Assembly (NCBI GenBank): GCA_038120295.1
Contig: JAYOLL010000008.1
Span: 40,810-104,809 of the forward strand
Length of the DNA stretch: 64,000 bases
Direction: 5' to 3'
Source of the DNA: Rhodospirillales bacterium
Lineage (GTDB): Bacteria > Pseudomonadota > Alphaproteobacteria > MPNO01 > UBA2964
How positions within the stretch are numbered: position 1 is the stretch's first letter; each line of letters opens with the position of its first letter. Shown piece by piece: positions 46,673 to 57,123 of this stretch. The notes beneath the pieces are model-generated. The model was not told where the DNA came from and searched no databases. It saw only the letters and a list, made by a program, of their open reading frames with translations. The position numbers and the translations under genes were made by a program.

Positions 46673-47898
46673 TGGCCGATCTGCTCCCCGTCGCCGACGC
46701 GCGACAGAGAATTTGCGATGCCATGCCTCGTATGCCCGCGGAACGTATCTCTCTGGCGGACGCTCTGGGCCGGGTGCTGGCGGAAGATGTCGCAGCGCGC
46801 CGGACCCAGCCGCCCAAGGCGGTCTCGGCGATGGACGGATATGCTGTCCGCTCGGAAGACGTAAAGACGATCCCGGTCACTCTCAAGATCGTTGGCCATG
46901 TTCCTGCGGGACAGTCCTATGACGGAACCATCGGTTCGGGCGAGACAGTGCGTATCTTTACCGGCGCGCCCCTGCCCGACGGCGCGGACGCCATCGTGAT
47001 CCAGGAAAATACCGAGGCCGGCGGCGACACGGTCAATGTCGTTGACGGCGAAGCGCCTGCAGGCCGATTTGTCCGACCCGCCGGGCTGGACTTCCGCGAG
47101 GGTGACGTGCTTCTGGAAAAGGGCTCCGTCCTTACTGCACGGCGGGTTGGGCTTGCGGCGGGCATGAACGTTCCCTGGCTCTCGGTCAGCCGGAAACCGC
47201 GCATCGCGCTGCTGGCCACCGGCGACGAGATCGTCATGCCGGGCGAGCCTATCGCAGACAACCAGATCGTCTCGTCCAACGGGCTGGCGCTTGCCGGCTT
47301 TATCCGGGCAATGGGCGGCGAGCCGATCGATTTAGGCATCGCGCCGGATTCTGAAGATGCTCTGCGGGCCATGGCGGAAGGCGCGCGCGGCACTGATATG
47401 CTGGTTACCTGCGGCGGGGCATCGGTCGGCGAGCACGACCTGGTGCAGAAAGTCCTCGGCGATATCGGGCTTGAGGTCGATTTTTGGCGAATCGCCATGC
47501 GGCCGGGCAAACCGCTGATGTTCGGCAATATCGGCGAGACGCACATGATGGGTCTGCCCGGCAATCCCGTTTCGGCGCTGGTCTGCGCCACAATCTTCCT
47601 TGGGCCTGCGATAGCCGCAATGCTTGGCTCTTCCGCCTCGGCAAACGCCATCGAAACCGCCGTTCTCGGCAATGATCTCGGCGAAAACGACGAGCGTGAA
47701 GATTATCTTCGCGCCTCTCTGACCCGGGACCACAAGGGAAACAGGGTCGCAACGACATTTTCCAGACAGGACAGTTCGATGTTTTCAGGCATGACCCGCG
47801 CCGATTGTCTCGTCATCCGCCCGCCCTTCGCGCCGCCGGCCTCTGCGGGCGACAGCGTTTCCGTCCTGATGCTGGGCGGATCGCTCATCAGCGCCTGA
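46672..47898 (+). CDS. moeA: Molybdopterin molybdenumtransferase MoeA
   Basis: 408 aa from ATG overlapping moaC stop (TAATG); MoeA N, MoCF-binding (GGASVGE) and C domains. Confidence 0.9.
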   Translation: MADLLPVADARQRICDAMPRMPAERISLADALGRVLAEDVAARRTQPPKAVSAMDGYAVRSEDVKTIPVTLKIVGHVPAGQSYDGTIGSGETVRIFTGAPLPDGADAIVIQENTEAGGDTVNVVDGEAPAGRFVRPAGLDFREGDVLLEKGSVLTARRVGLAAGMNVPWLSVSRKPRIALLATGDEIVMPGEPIADNQIVSSNGLALAGFIRAMGGEPIDLGIAPDSEDALRAMAEGARGTDMLVTCGGASVGEHDLVQKVLGDIGLEVDFWRIAMRPGKPLMFGNIGETHMMGLPGNPVSALVCATIFLGPAIAAMLGSSASANAIETAVLGNDLGENDEREDYLRASLTRDHKGNRVATTFSRQDSSMFSGMTRADCLVIRPPFAPPASAGDSVSVLMLGGSLISA

Positions 47899-47947
47899 TC
47901 CGACGAATTCAGGCAATTTAATTTCCGTGATTCTTGACCGGGAAAAA

Positions 47948-47962
47948 GAACTTTACTAGAAC
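47948..47962. promoter_or_regulatory. Alphaproteobacterial-type SOS (LexA) box GAAC-N7-GAAC (GTTC-N7-GTTC on opposite strand)
   Basis: GAACTTTACTAGAAC, 76 nt upstream of lexA ATG; matches known direct-repeat LexA operator of alphaproteobacteria. Confidence 0.7.
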
Positions 47963-48037
47963 ATTCGAAATGTTTTTGTTTTGTTCGCCCGGCCCTTTCG
48001 CTTTTGGGGGGCGCATTCGAGTAGTGAGGCCCAAACC

Positions 48038-48754
48038 ATGCTGACCAGAAAACAGTACGAACTTCTTCAATATATCGACCGCCATCTCAAAAGCCGGGGA
48101 GTATCGCCGTCTTTCGACGAGATGAAGGATGCGCTGGGCCTCAAGTCCAAATCCGGCATTCACCGGTTGATCACCGGGCTGGAGGAACGCGGCTTCATTC
48201 GTCGCCTGCCCCACCGGGCCCGGGCGCTGGAAGTCCTCAAACTGCCGGAAAATTCAACCGACGGAACATCGGGGCCGTCGAGGTTCGCCCCCAACGTTAT
48301 CAAGGGGAGATTTCCCGGCGAGCCGGAAGCATCCGATACGCCGGAAGCAATGCAAGAAACAGAGGAAACGGCCACCCTGTCCGTGCCGTTTTACGGGCAG
48401 ATCGCGGCGGGACTTCCCATCGAAGCCGTCCGCGACGAAACCCGCACGTTCGAGATCGCGCCGTCCATGGTCGGTCGCGGTCGACACTATGCGCTGGAGG
48501 TCAGCGGAGATTCGATGATCGAGGCGGGCATTCTCGATGGCGATGTTGCAATTATCGAACATACCGACACCTCGGAAAATGGAACCATCGTGGTGGCGCT
48601 AGTCGATGACGAAGAGGTCACGCTAAAATACCTGCGGCGGAAGGGCGACACTGTTGCGCTGGAGCCCGCCAACCCCGCTTATGAAACGCGTATCTTCGGG
48701 GCCGACCGCGTCAAGATACAGGGCCGGTTGAAGACGATCGTCCGACAGTACTAG
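48038..48754 (+). CDS. lexA: LexA repressor
   Basis: 238 aa from ATG 48038 (AGTGAGG SD); N-terminal winged HTH, Ala-Gly cleavage site (IAAG), S24 peptidase Ser/Lys. Confidence 0.93.
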   Translation: MLTRKQYELLQYIDRHLKSRGVSPSFDEMKDALGLKSKSGIHRLITGLEERGFIRRLPHRARALEVLKLPENSTDGTSGPSRFAPNVIKGRFPGEPEASDTPEAMQETEETATLSVPFYGQIAAGLPIEAVRDETRTFEIAPSMVGRGRHYALEVSGDSMIEAGILDGDVAIIEHTDTSENGTIVVALVDDEEVTLKYLRRKGDTVALEPANPAYETRIFGADRVKIQGRLKTIVRQY

Positions 48755-48756
48755 CG

Positions 48757-49122
48757 CTACCTGTTCTGCGATCGCGGATAGCGCTGCCACGGGCGCACTC
48801 CGCCATCAGAACCGACGCTATCGACAGTGATCCGATCAGGCCGCAAATAAAGCGCGTGTGCGCCGTTTCGCCACAGATCGAAACGGTCAATGACGAGGCC
48901 TGACCCTCTGCAGCGCCATTTTCGAACCGGCGTCTGGCTGATCACAATATCCGCGGAGCGGCAATCTTCCTCGAGCGCGGCAGCATCGCGGTCAAGGGCC
49001 ACCACGCGCTCGCCCGACCGGTATATACACCCGAGACCGTCGCAGCGCAGACCGGGAACGTCATCTAATGCCGGACCGCGCGCCTCCGGTTCCAGCCCGG
49101 AGCGGCGACGCCAGGTTTCCAC
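48757..49122 (-). pseudogene. comEC: ComEC C-terminal segment in shifted reading frame (candidate frameshifted 3' part of comEC)
   Basis: 121-aa ORF overlapping comEC 3' end in a different frame; encodes RCDGLGC...ALDRDAAALEEDCRSADIVISQTP...VIDRFDLWRNGAHALYL, resembling ComEC C-termini of alphaproteobacteria (from memory). Confidence 0.5.
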
Positions 49123-50894
49123 GGTAAACCCCTTCCGCCGAAAGGCAGGACGAGGTCGCCATCCAAAGTGCGCAGACCGACGGTCTTTCCGTCTGCAGTA
49201 ACCCGGATGTCGGGCGACGCCGACAACGACCAGCCGAAGATTCCAACGAAAACGGGCAACACACCCAGAACGCGAAGCCTACTCCGCCAGACGCATAGCC
49301 ATAACCCGCCGATTACGACCGCTCCTAGCGCCCAACCGGGCGCCGAAGGCAGCATCGTCGCAGCACCCGGCAGGGCCTGAACCCAGCGCGCGACGGAAAG
49401 CACGCCTTCGATCCCCCAGCCCATGGCGGCGAGCGGCCATTGTTCGAGCCCGAACGGCATGAACACCAGCGAAATCAGCGCCAGAGGCATGATCCAGAGC
49501 GCCGCCAGTGGAACCGCGATCAGGTTGGCGATTACGCCCAGGAGAGCCAGCCGGTTGAAGTGAAACGCCGCGAAAGGCGCTGTCGCGACAGTTGCGATGA
49601 TCGTGGTCAGGAGAACCCCGCCGACATAGCGCGCGCCTTTCATGGCCGGCGTTCTGCGTTCCATCGGCTCGAACCGGCGGGTGGACACCGCCTCATAGGC
49701 GGCGACCAGTGCGATTACCGCGGCAAATGACATCTGGAAACTCACCGATTCAAGGCTCTCCGGGGCCAGCAACAGGATTGCGGCGGCCGCCCAGGCGACC
49801 AGATTCATTGAAATGGCATTGCGATCGATCATGACCGCCAGAAGAACGAGCGAAAGCATCAGGAAGGCTCGTTGTGTCGGCAGGGTCGACCCGGAAATCA
49901 GCAAATAAAAGAAACACCCGAAAAACGCGGCGAGCGCTGCGAGTTTCTTTACCGGAAACGCCAGAACAAGCCGCTCGCAGGATGCAAGCGCCAGCCGAAC
50001 CGCGAAAAAAATGAAGCCCCCGATCAGCCCGATATGCAGCCCCGAAATTGCCAGCAGATGCGCCAGTCCGGAATCCCACATCGCCGAAAGCTCTTCTTCG
50101 GGTATGGCGCCCCGTTCGCCCGTGATCAGCGCGGCCGCCACCGCACCGGGCGTACCGGGCAGCGCCTCCAGAATAGCCCGGGTCAGGGAATGGCGCTGCT
50201 TCGCGATCATGACGCGCCATCCGCCATCAGCCGCTGACACTGCCAAAACCGGAGCACGGACGGCGTATCCGACCCCGCCGAGACCTTCGAAGTAGGCCCG
50301 CTTTGAAAAATCGAAAGCACCGGGCTCTGCTGGACCGGGCGGCGGATGAAGGACGGCCAGCACCCGGATTCGTTGCCCTGGAGCGAACGTTCCTGCATCT
50401 TCCCGGGCGCCGCGTATCCGGACTCTTGCCGGCGTTCTCTTCTGGGCCAACCGACCGATGGAGAGATTGTCCAGAGTCAATCGGCTGCCCGCGTCCCGAA
50501 TTTCCGCGGCAACGACCCTCCCTTCGATCCACACGGGCCCGGTCTTTTTCTGAATAACGGGCGCATCGACTGACCAGGTCCGCAACTGGGCAGCAGAAAA
50601 CCCCAGCGCAACGAAGGTCAGGCAGCACATAAGCAGCTGCAGCCAGATCCTGCGGCGCAACAACATCGCACAAACAAGGCTGACTATCGCGACAAGCGGA
50701 CCGCTCCACAGGGGCGGTTCCTTCCGCAGCCCGAAATAGACCGCGATCCCGACGCCGATCATAACGGGCAGCCAAAGCGCCCAACGCCCCCTTTCGGCAG
50801 AGGATACAGCCGACATGGTCCGGTCAAGCCAGTCCCTTGCCGCGTTGTAAGGCGGCGCCGGATTACCGGTCTCCTGTCCGATTGCCAATCTCAT
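49065..50894 (-). CDS. comEC: DNA internalization-related competence protein ComEC/Rec2 (appears truncated/frameshifted at 3' end)
   Basis: 609 aa; DUF4131 N-region and competence domain (LAISGLHIG); N-terminal start uncertain. Confidence 0.8.
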   Translation of the reverse strand: MRLAIGQETGNPAPPYNAARDWLDRTMSAVSSAERGRWALWLPVMIGVGIAVYFGLRKEPPLWSGPLVAIVSLVCAMLLRRRIWLQLLMCCLTFVALGFSAAQLRTWSVDAPVIQKKTGPVWIEGRVVAAEIRDAGSRLTLDNLSIGRLAQKRTPARVRIRGAREDAGTFAPGQRIRVLAVLHPPPGPAEPGAFDFSKRAYFEGLGGVGYAVRAPVLAVSAADGGWRVMIAKQRHSLTRAILEALPGTPGAVAAALITGERGAIPEEELSAMWDSGLAHLLAISGLHIGLIGGFIFFAVRLALASCERLVLAFPVKKLAALAAFFGCFFYLLISGSTLPTQRAFLMLSLVLLAVMIDRNAISMNLVAWAAAAILLLAPESLESVSFQMSFAAVIALVAAYEAVSTRRFEPMERRTPAMKGARYVGGVLLTTIIATVATAPFAAFHFNRLALLGVIANLIAVPLAALWIMPLALISLVFMPFGLEQWPLAAMGWGIEGVLSVARWVQALPGAATMLPSAPGWALGAVVIGGLWLCVWRSRLRVLGVLPVFVGIFGWSLSASPDIRVTADGKTVGLRTLDGDLVLPFGGRGLPWKPGVAAPGWNRRRAVRH

Positions 50895-50951
50895 GGACGT
50901 TCAGTCTAGCGAAATGCTATCAGGACGCCATCGTATCGCCTGAAACACCGG

Positions 50952-52379
50952 ATGACCCGTTCCATGACTGTCGTAACCCGCTTCGCCCCCTCTCCCACCG
51001 GCTTCCTTCATATCGGCGGCGCGCGGACAGCTTTGTTCAACTGGCTCTACGCCCGTCATTGCGGGGGAAAATATCTTCTCCGCATCGAGGACACCGACCG
51101 CAAGCGTTCGACCGAGGAAGCCATCGACGCGATCCTCGACGGTCTCGACTGGCTCGGGCTTTCCGCGGACGAGGAACCGGTTTTCCAGTCGCAACGGCAG
51201 GATCGTCACGCCGAAATCGCCGCGCAACTGCTGGAGAGCGGCAACGCCTATCGCTGCTATTGCACGCCGGAAGAGCTCACCGAAATGCGGGAAAAGGCGC
51301 GGGCCGAGGGCAGAACGGTGCTCTATGACGGGCGCTGGCGAGACCGTGACCCGTCCGAAGCGCCTCCGGGCGCCGATCCGGTAATCCGGCTGAAAGCGCC
51401 GCGCGACGGAGAAACGGTCATTGAGGACGCCATCCAGGGAGAGGTCCGCGTATCGAACAGCGAACTCGACGACATCGTGCTGCTGCGCGCCGATGGCACG
51501 CCGACCTACATGCTCTCGGTGGTGGTTGACGATCACGACATGGGCATCACCCATGTCATCCGCGGTGACGACCACCTGACCAACGCGTTCCGCCAGATCA
51601 ACATCTACCGCGCGATCGGCTGGGATTACCCGGTCTTCGCCCATATGCCGCTGACCCATGGCGCCGACGGCGCAAAACTGTCGAAGCGCCACGGCGCGCT
51701 GGGCGTCGATGCCTACCGCGATATGGGGTATCTGCCTGAAGCGCTGCTCAACTATCTCATGCGGCTTGGCTGGAGCCATGGCGACGACGAAATCTTTCCG
51801 CTCGAGAAGGCCATTGAGTGGTTTGACATCAAGGACGTCAACCGGGGCGCCGCGCGCATGGACTTCGACAAGATGAACGCGGTGAACGCGCATTACCTCC
51901 GCGATTGCGACGAGCGGCGCCTGGTCGAGCTTATCCGACCGAAGATTGAGAAAGCCCTCGAAAAAACGATCGACGAGATAACGGTCGAACGCCTCGTTGC
52001 CGCCATTCCAGGTCTCAAGCCAAGAGCGAAGACATTAAATGAACTCTCTGATAATGCACTATTTTATGCCAAACCCCGCCCGCTCGTGCCTGATGAAAAA
52101 GCCGCCAAACTCCTGACCGGCGATGCGCTGGAACATCTCGGCAAACTCAAAGCTGCTCTCGCCGGAATCGACGACTGGTCGGACGAAACAGTGGAAGGCT
52201 GCGTTAAATCCTTCGCGGAAGCCGAAGCGCTGAAACTCGGCCAGATCGCCCAGCCATTACGTGCCGCCCTCTGCGGTACAACGGTTTCTCCCGGAATTTT
52301 CGAAGTGGCGCATGTGCTCGGCGCCGAGGAGACCCTGGGACGGATCGACGACGTTCTGCAGCGCAAAGAAGCGGTTTGA
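50952..52379 (+). CDS. gltX: Glutamate--tRNA ligase
   Basis: 475 aa; class I HIGH ([15 protein letters not shown]) and KMSKS-like (KLSKR). Confidence 0.95.
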   Translation: MTRSMTVVTRFAPSPTGFLHIGGARTALFNWLYARHCGGKYLLRIEDTDRKRSTEEAIDAILDGLDWLGLSADEEPVFQSQRQDRHAEIAAQLLESGNAYRCYCTPEELTEMREKARAEGRTVLYDGRWRDRDPSEAPPGADPVIRLKAPRDGETVIEDAIQGEVRVSNSELDDIVLLRADGTPTYMLSVVVDDHDMGITHVIRGDDHLTNAFRQINIYRAIGWDYPVFAHMPLTHGADGAKLSKRHGALGVDAYRDMGYLPEALLNYLMRLGWSHGDDEIFPLEKAIEWFDIKDVNRGAARMDFDKMNAVNAHYLRDCDERRLVELIRPKIEKALEKTIDEITVERLVAAIPGLKPRAKTLNELSDNALFYAKPRPLVPDEKAAKLLTGDALEHLGKLKAALAGIDDWSDETVEGCVKSFAEAEALKLGQIAQPLRAALCGTTVSPGIFEVAHVLGAEETLGRIDDVLQRKEAV

Positions 52380-52478
52380 TTCGCCCCGTGAATTCGGCTA
52401 GTTTGCCGCCGCATCACGCAATCGAACCGACCGGCTTCCGCCGGGAACCGGTGAGCCGGAAACGGGAAAGGAGACCGC

Positions 52479-53801
52479 ATGAGCCAGGACAGCTCGGCCT
52501 CGGGTAGCAACTCCAACGTCACTATCAGGGATAATATCAGCGGAAAGGAAGCAAACTTTCCGGTCATGACCGGGACGGACGGGCCCGGCGTAATCGACAT
52601 CAGGCGTTTATACGCCGATCTGGGGTATTTCACCTACGACCCGGGCTTTGTCGCAACGGGCAGCTGCGAGTCGCAGATCACCTTCATCGATGGCGACGAA
52701 GGAATTCTGCTGCATCGGGGCTATCCGATCGAGCAGCTGGCGGAAAACTCGGATTTCCTTGAGGTCTGCTACCTTCTTCTCTACGGCGAACTACCCAATA
52801 CGGACCAGAAAAAGAAGTTCGATCACGACATCACCTACCACACCATGCTCCACGAGCAGATGGCCAACTTCTACCGCGGATTCCGGCGCGACGCCCATCC
52901 GATGGCCATCATGTGCGGCGTCGTAGGCGCTTTGTCCGCGTTCTATCACGACAGCACCGATATCTCGGACCCGCACCAGCGGATGGTGGCTTCTTACCGG
53001 ATGATCGCGAAGATGCCGACGATCGCCGGCTGGGCCTACAAATATTCGGTCGGGCAGCCCTTCATCTATCCGAACAACAAGCTGGGTTTTGCCGAAAACT
53101 TCCTGAACATGCTGTTCGCGACACCGTGCGAGGAGTACGAGGTCAATCCTGTCATCGCCAAGGCGATGGACCGGATCCTGATCCTGCATGCGGACCACGA
53201 ACAGAACGCGTCGACGTCGACGGTGCGTCTCGCCGGCTCGAGCGGCGCGAACCCGTTTGCCTGCGTTTCCGCCGGCATCGCCAGCCTCTGGGGCCCTGCC
53301 CATGGCGGCGCCAATGAAGCAGTGCTCAACATGCTGCGCGAGATCGGCGACAAGTCGCGGATCAACGAGTACGTCAAGAAGGCCAAGGATCCGGACGATC
53401 CGTTCCGGGTGATGGGCTTTGGCCACCGGGTCTACAAGAATTTCGATCCCCGCGCCAAGATCATGCGCGAGGCCTGCCATGCCGTGCTGAACGAGCTGGG
53501 TATCGAGGACGAGCCCCTGCTGGAACTCGCCATGGAGCTGGAGAAGATTGCGCTCGAAGACGAATACTTCGTCGACCGGAAGCTCTACCCGAACGTCGAT
53601 TTCTATTCGGGTATTATCTTCCAGGCTCTGGGCATCCCGACCACCATGTTTACGGTGCTGTTCGCCGTCGCGCGGACGGTCGGCTGGATCGCCCAGTGGA
53701 ACGAAATGATCGAGGATCCGGTGCAGAAAATCGGGCGCCCCCGCCAGATCTACACCGGCGCTGCGCGACGCGATTACGTGCCGCTCAACGCTCGGTCCTG
53801 A
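52479..53801 (+). CDS. gltA: Citrate synthase
   Basis: 440 aa; catalytic His/Asp context [25 protein letters not shown]. Confidence 0.95.
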   Translation: MSQDSSASGSNSNVTIRDNISGKEANFPVMTGTDGPGVIDIRRLYADLGYFTYDPGFVATGSCESQITFIDGDEGILLHRGYPIEQLAENSDFLEVCYLLLYGELPNTDQKKKFDHDITYHTMLHEQMANFYRGFRRDAHPMAIMCGVVGALSAFYHDSTDISDPHQRMVASYRMIAKMPTIAGWAYKYSVGQPFIYPNNKLGFAENFLNMLFATPCEEYEVNPVIAKAMDRILILHADHEQNASTSTVRLAGSSGANPFACVSAGIASLWGPAHGGANEAVLNMLREIGDKSRINEYVKKAKDPDDPFRVMGFGHRVYKNFDPRAKIMREACHAVLNELGIEDEPLLELAMELEKIALEDEYFVDRKLYPNVDFYSGIIFQALGIPTTMFTVLFAVARTVGWIAQWNEMIEDPVQKIGRPRQIYTGAARRDYVPLNARS

Positions 53802-53819
53802 TCGCCGAAAGGCATCCTG

Positions 53820-53845
53820 AAAAAGGGCGCTTCGGCGCCCTTTTT
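53820..53845. terminator. Bidirectional rho-independent terminator (A5-GGGCGC-TTCG-GCGCCC-T5) between convergent gltA and lpxB
   Basis: Perfect 6-bp GC stem, tetraloop, flanking A- and T-tracts. Confidence 0.8.
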
Positions 53846-53852
53846 GCTGGAG

Positions 53853-55040
53853 CTATTTTCTGTCGGCCGGCAGCGAATGGCCGAGAGCGTCCAGCACGCA
53901 GTCCGCCGCAACCTCGCTTGGCGCCTTGCCGTCATTGGACAGCATGGACAGCGCCTGATCGTACGCTTTTATCTGCGCCTGCCGCGCTTCGCTGTCATTC
54001 AAAAGGATTTCCAGCGCCCCGGCCAGGCGGTCGGCACGGCAATCGCCCTGGAGAAATTCAGGCACTGCCGGACGGTCGAGGAGCAGGTTGACCAGATTCG
54101 CGTACTCGACTGAAACCATGTTCCGGACAATCAGGTGAGTCAGCGGGTGAATACGGTAGGCGATCACGCTCGGCGTCCGCGCCCGCGCCAGTTCCAGGGC
54201 GACAGTGCCGGACGCCGCCAGGGCCACGTCGGACGCCGCCATCGCTTCATACCGTTCCCGTTCGGACTCGACGATGGTGACCGGAACAGACCAGCCTGCC
54301 GTACCCTGCCGAACGAGGCCCACCTTTGACGGCAGGGTCGGAATGACTACCGAAAATTTCCGCCGCCCTTTTCCAAGCATCGCGGCCGTCTCGCCGAAGA
54401 TACCGAGGTGGCGCGAAATTTCGCCGCGGCGACTTCCCGACAGAATACAAAGAAGCGTCGTGTCGGGCTCGATCCCATTCCGCTGCCTGAACTCCGTTCC
54501 GGCATCGGGGTCGATATCGGATTCTAGAACCGAATGGCCGACAAAATCGGTCGCAAGCCCGACACGTTCGAACCAGGGCGGCTCGAACGGCAGCAACACC
54601 AGAAGCCTGTCGAAAACTTTCGCGAACTTCTCTGCCCGGCCGGGCCGCCAGGCCCAGACGGTCGGAGCGACATAGTGAATCCTGGTTGCGGGAAACCCCT
54701 CCAGACGTCTGTGAACACCGAAACAGAACGCTGGCGCATCTACAGTCACGATGGCTTCCGGCCTGATCTCCCGAACATGAGCGGCTGTTTCGCGCATGCG
54801 TTGCATCAGGCGATACGCACGAGGGAGGATTTCCGCAATTCCCATAACGGAAAGCTCTTCCATCGGGAAAAGGCTTTGAAGACCCTCCTCGGCCATGCGT
54901 GGACCGCCCACGCCGAAAAATTCGATCTTCCTGTCTGCCTTCTCCCGCAGCGCCGCGATGAGACGACCGGCAAGCAAATCGCCCGAAGGTTCGCCGGCGA
55001 TCACGTATATTTTCAGAGGTTTCTGGCTGTCTTCAGCCAC
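53853..55040 (-). CDS. lpxB: Lipid-A-disaccharide synthase
   Basis: 395 aa; N-terminal YVIAGEPSGDLLAGRL. Confidence 0.93.
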   Translation of the reverse strand: MAEDSQKPLKIYVIAGEPSGDLLAGRLIAALREKADRKIEFFGVGGPRMAEEGLQSLFPMEELSVMGIAEILPRAYRLMQRMRETAAHVREIRPEAIVTVDAPAFCFGVHRRLEGFPATRIHYVAPTVWAWRPGRAEKFAKVFDRLLVLLPFEPPWFERVGLATDFVGHSVLESDIDPDAGTEFRQRNGIEPDTTLLCILSGSRRGEISRHLGIFGETAAMLGKGRRKFSVVIPTLPSKVGLVRQGTAGWSVPVTIVESERERYEAMAASDVALAASGTVALELARARTPSVIAYRIHPLTHLIVRNMVSVEYANLVNLLLDRPAVPEFLQGDCRADRLAGALEILLNDSEARQAQIKAYDQALSMLSNDGKAPSEVAADCVLDALGHSLPADRK

Positions 55041-55860
55041 CTGAAGGCGCTCTTACTCCGGCAAGGAAGAGCCCCGCGGTATCCGCAGCCTCGACCATCC
55101 GCTCCCGATCGAGGACCAGCGTCCCGCCGGCTTCGATCGCGACCCCCTGCAGTCCGGCCTCGACCGCCGCCAGCATTGTCCTTTCGCCGACGGCTGGCAA
55201 ATCGAGCCGCCGCTCCTGCCCGGTCTTGTGAGCCTTGACCAGAACCGCGCGTTTTCCCTCCCGTTGCAGTGGGCCGCAACGGCGTATCAGCGCGTCGGTC
55301 CCCTCTGCGGCTTCGATCCCCAGAATAATGCCCTGCTGAACGACAACCGACTGCCCGACATCCTGCGCCGCCAGAGTCTGCAACAGCTCGAATCCGCGCA
55401 AGATGTCCTGCTTTGCATTCTCGTCCGGGGCGTGGCGGCCAAAGACGCCTTCCGTCGCTATCGCGCTCTCAAGGAGGTCCTCCGGGGCGACGATTCGAAA
55501 ACCCTCGCCTTCCATCTCGCTGACGAGCGCTTTCAGGAGCGAGTCGTCGCCGATCCAGGCCTTGCCAAGGCGCGCAAAAAACAGGGCGGTTCTCCTGTCG
55601 GGCCGCAGCTCGAGCAGGCTGGGACGCCTGACCGCTCCGGCAAACACAACGTCGCGAACCTCGTGTTCATGGAGGAGGTCGATTCCGCGTCCGCCCTCTC
55701 CCAGACGAATCCAGTCCTGCGGACAATCGGAAAACAGCGCCGGATCGGCGTGTCCCTTGATCCCCAGGACGAAATGATCGCGGTCGTTGTCGCGGCACAG
55801 CCCCGCTATACGGGCCGGCAGGTCTCCGCTACCCGCGACGATACCCAGCCTATCCGCCAT
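55033..55860 (-). CDS. lpxI: UDP-2,3-diacylglucosamine diphosphatase LpxI (DUF1009)
   Basis: About 275 aa; LGIVAGSGDLP N-terminus, conserved position between lpxA and lpxB; ORF extends to 55887. Confidence 0.85.
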   Translation of the reverse strand: MADRLGIVAGSGDLPARIAGLCRDNDRDHFVLGIKGHADPALFSDCPQDWIRLGEGGRGIDLLHEHEVRDVVFAGAVRRPSLLELRPDRRTALFFARLGKAWIGDDSLLKALVSEMEGEGFRIVAPEDLLESAIATEGVFGRHAPDENAKQDILRGFELLQTLAAQDVGQSVVVQQGIILGIEAAEGTDALIRRCGPLQREGKRAVLVKAHKTGQERRLDLPAVGERTMLAAVEAGLQGVAIEAGGTLVLDRERMVEAADTAGLFLAGVRAPSGG

Positions 55861-56650
55861 GCTCCGTACGCGGCTGGCAGATTGCACGACTGGAATCGGT
55901 CTGGATGAATTCGACGATATCCATGACCGCCCGGTTATCGCTGTACATCTCCGAAGCGTCCTTCACCCGCTCCGCCATGGAGCCTTCCTCGGCAAACAAC
56001 AGACGGTAGGCCTTGCGCAGGTCGGCGATCTCCGTTCGCGAAAACTTGCGGCGCTTGAGGCCTACGATGTTGAGCCCGGCCAGGCGCGCGCGGTTGCCGA
56101 GCACCGAACCGTAGGGAATGACATCCTGCTCGACCCCCGACATCCCGCCGATCATCGAATGGCGGCCAATCCGAACGAACTGGTGAACGGCGGACAGTCC
56201 ACCGAGAACGGCATAGTCCTCCACAATGACATGTCCGGCGACAGTGGCGTTATTGGCGAAAATAGCATGATTGCCGATGTGACAGTCATGGGCGACATGA
56301 GCCCCGACCATGAAGAGGCAGTTATTCCCGATGCTGGTCATCATGCCGCCGCCCTCGGTGCCTGGGTTCATGGTGACATGTTCGCGAATAATGTTGTTAG
56401 CGCCTATTTCCAGCGTCGAGGCCTCGCCCCTGTATTTCAGATCCTGCGGCTGATGCCCTATCGATGCGAACGGATAGATATGGGTGTTGGGGCCAACAAT
56501 CGTTCGTCCAGCAACGACAGCGTGCGAAACAAGCCTGACGCCGTCGGCAAGCTGTACATCGGGACCGACACAGCAATAGGGACCGACAAACACGTTATCC
56601 CCAAGCTGCGCCCCGTCTTCGATGATTGCCGTGGAATGGATGTCCGACAT
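55850..56650 (-). CDS. lpxA: Acyl-ACP--UDP-N-acetylglucosamine O-acyltransferase
   Basis: 266 aa; left-handed beta-helix hexapeptide repeats, IHSTAII start. Confidence 0.95.
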   Translation of the reverse strand: MSDIHSTAIIEDGAQLGDNVFVGPYCCVGPDVQLADGVRLVSHAVVAGRTIVGPNTHIYPFASIGHQPQDLKYRGEASTLEIGANNIIREHVTMNPGTEGGGMMTSIGNNCLFMVGAHVAHDCHIGNHAIFANNATVAGHVIVEDYAVLGGLSAVHQFVRIGRHSMIGGMSGVEQDVIPYGSVLGNRARLAGLNIVGLKRRKFSRTEIADLRKAYRLLFAEEGSMAERVKDASEMYSDNRAVMDIVEFIQTDSSRAICQPRTEHGG

Positions 56651-56658
56651 AAAAACCG

Positions 56659-57123
56659 TTACTCCATGATCATCGCTGTATAGGTAGCTTCCGCGACCAC
56701 GGCGTCGTTGACGACAGCTTCGCCGCTGAATTTCCAGACATTGCCGCGACGAGCCTGTTTCCTAACCTTGATATACATGACATCGCCGGGTGTAACAGGC
56801 TTCCGAAATCGCGCGCCCTCAACCGACATGAAATAAACAACCCTGCCTTCCGCAGCCCTGCCGAGGGTATGCATAACGAGCGCCGCCGAGGTCTGCGCCA
56901 TCGACTCGACGATCAGTACGCCCGGCATGATCGGATGGCCCGGGAAATGCCCCTGAAAGCAGGGCTCATTAACGGTTACATTCTTGATGCCGGTGGCGCT
57001 TTCGCCGGGCACGATATCGACCATCCGGTCGATCAGCAGAAACGGATACCGGTGCGGAATCAATTCCATGATCCGCTCGATATCGATCTGTTCGACGACT
57101 TCTCCAGACTCTACATTATCCAT
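56659..57123 (-). CDS. fabZ: 3-hydroxyacyl-ACP dehydratase
   Basis: 154 aa from ATG 57123; hot-dog fold with [12 protein letters not shown] catalytic motif. Confidence 0.93.
   Translation of the reverse strand: MDNVESGEVVEQIDIERIMELIPHRYPFLLIDRMVDIVPGESATGIKNVTVNEPCFQGHFPGHPIMPGVLIVESMAQTSAALVMHTLGRAAEGRVVYFMSVEGARFRKPVTPGDVMYIKVRKQARRGNVWKFSGEAVVNDAVVAEATYTAMIME

Noticed and set aside
50895-50951. Possible second LexA box upstream of comEC (GTTCAGTCTAGCGAA)
   Set aside because: The second half-site is CGAA rather than GTTC/GAAC, so it does not fit GTTC-N7-GTTC.
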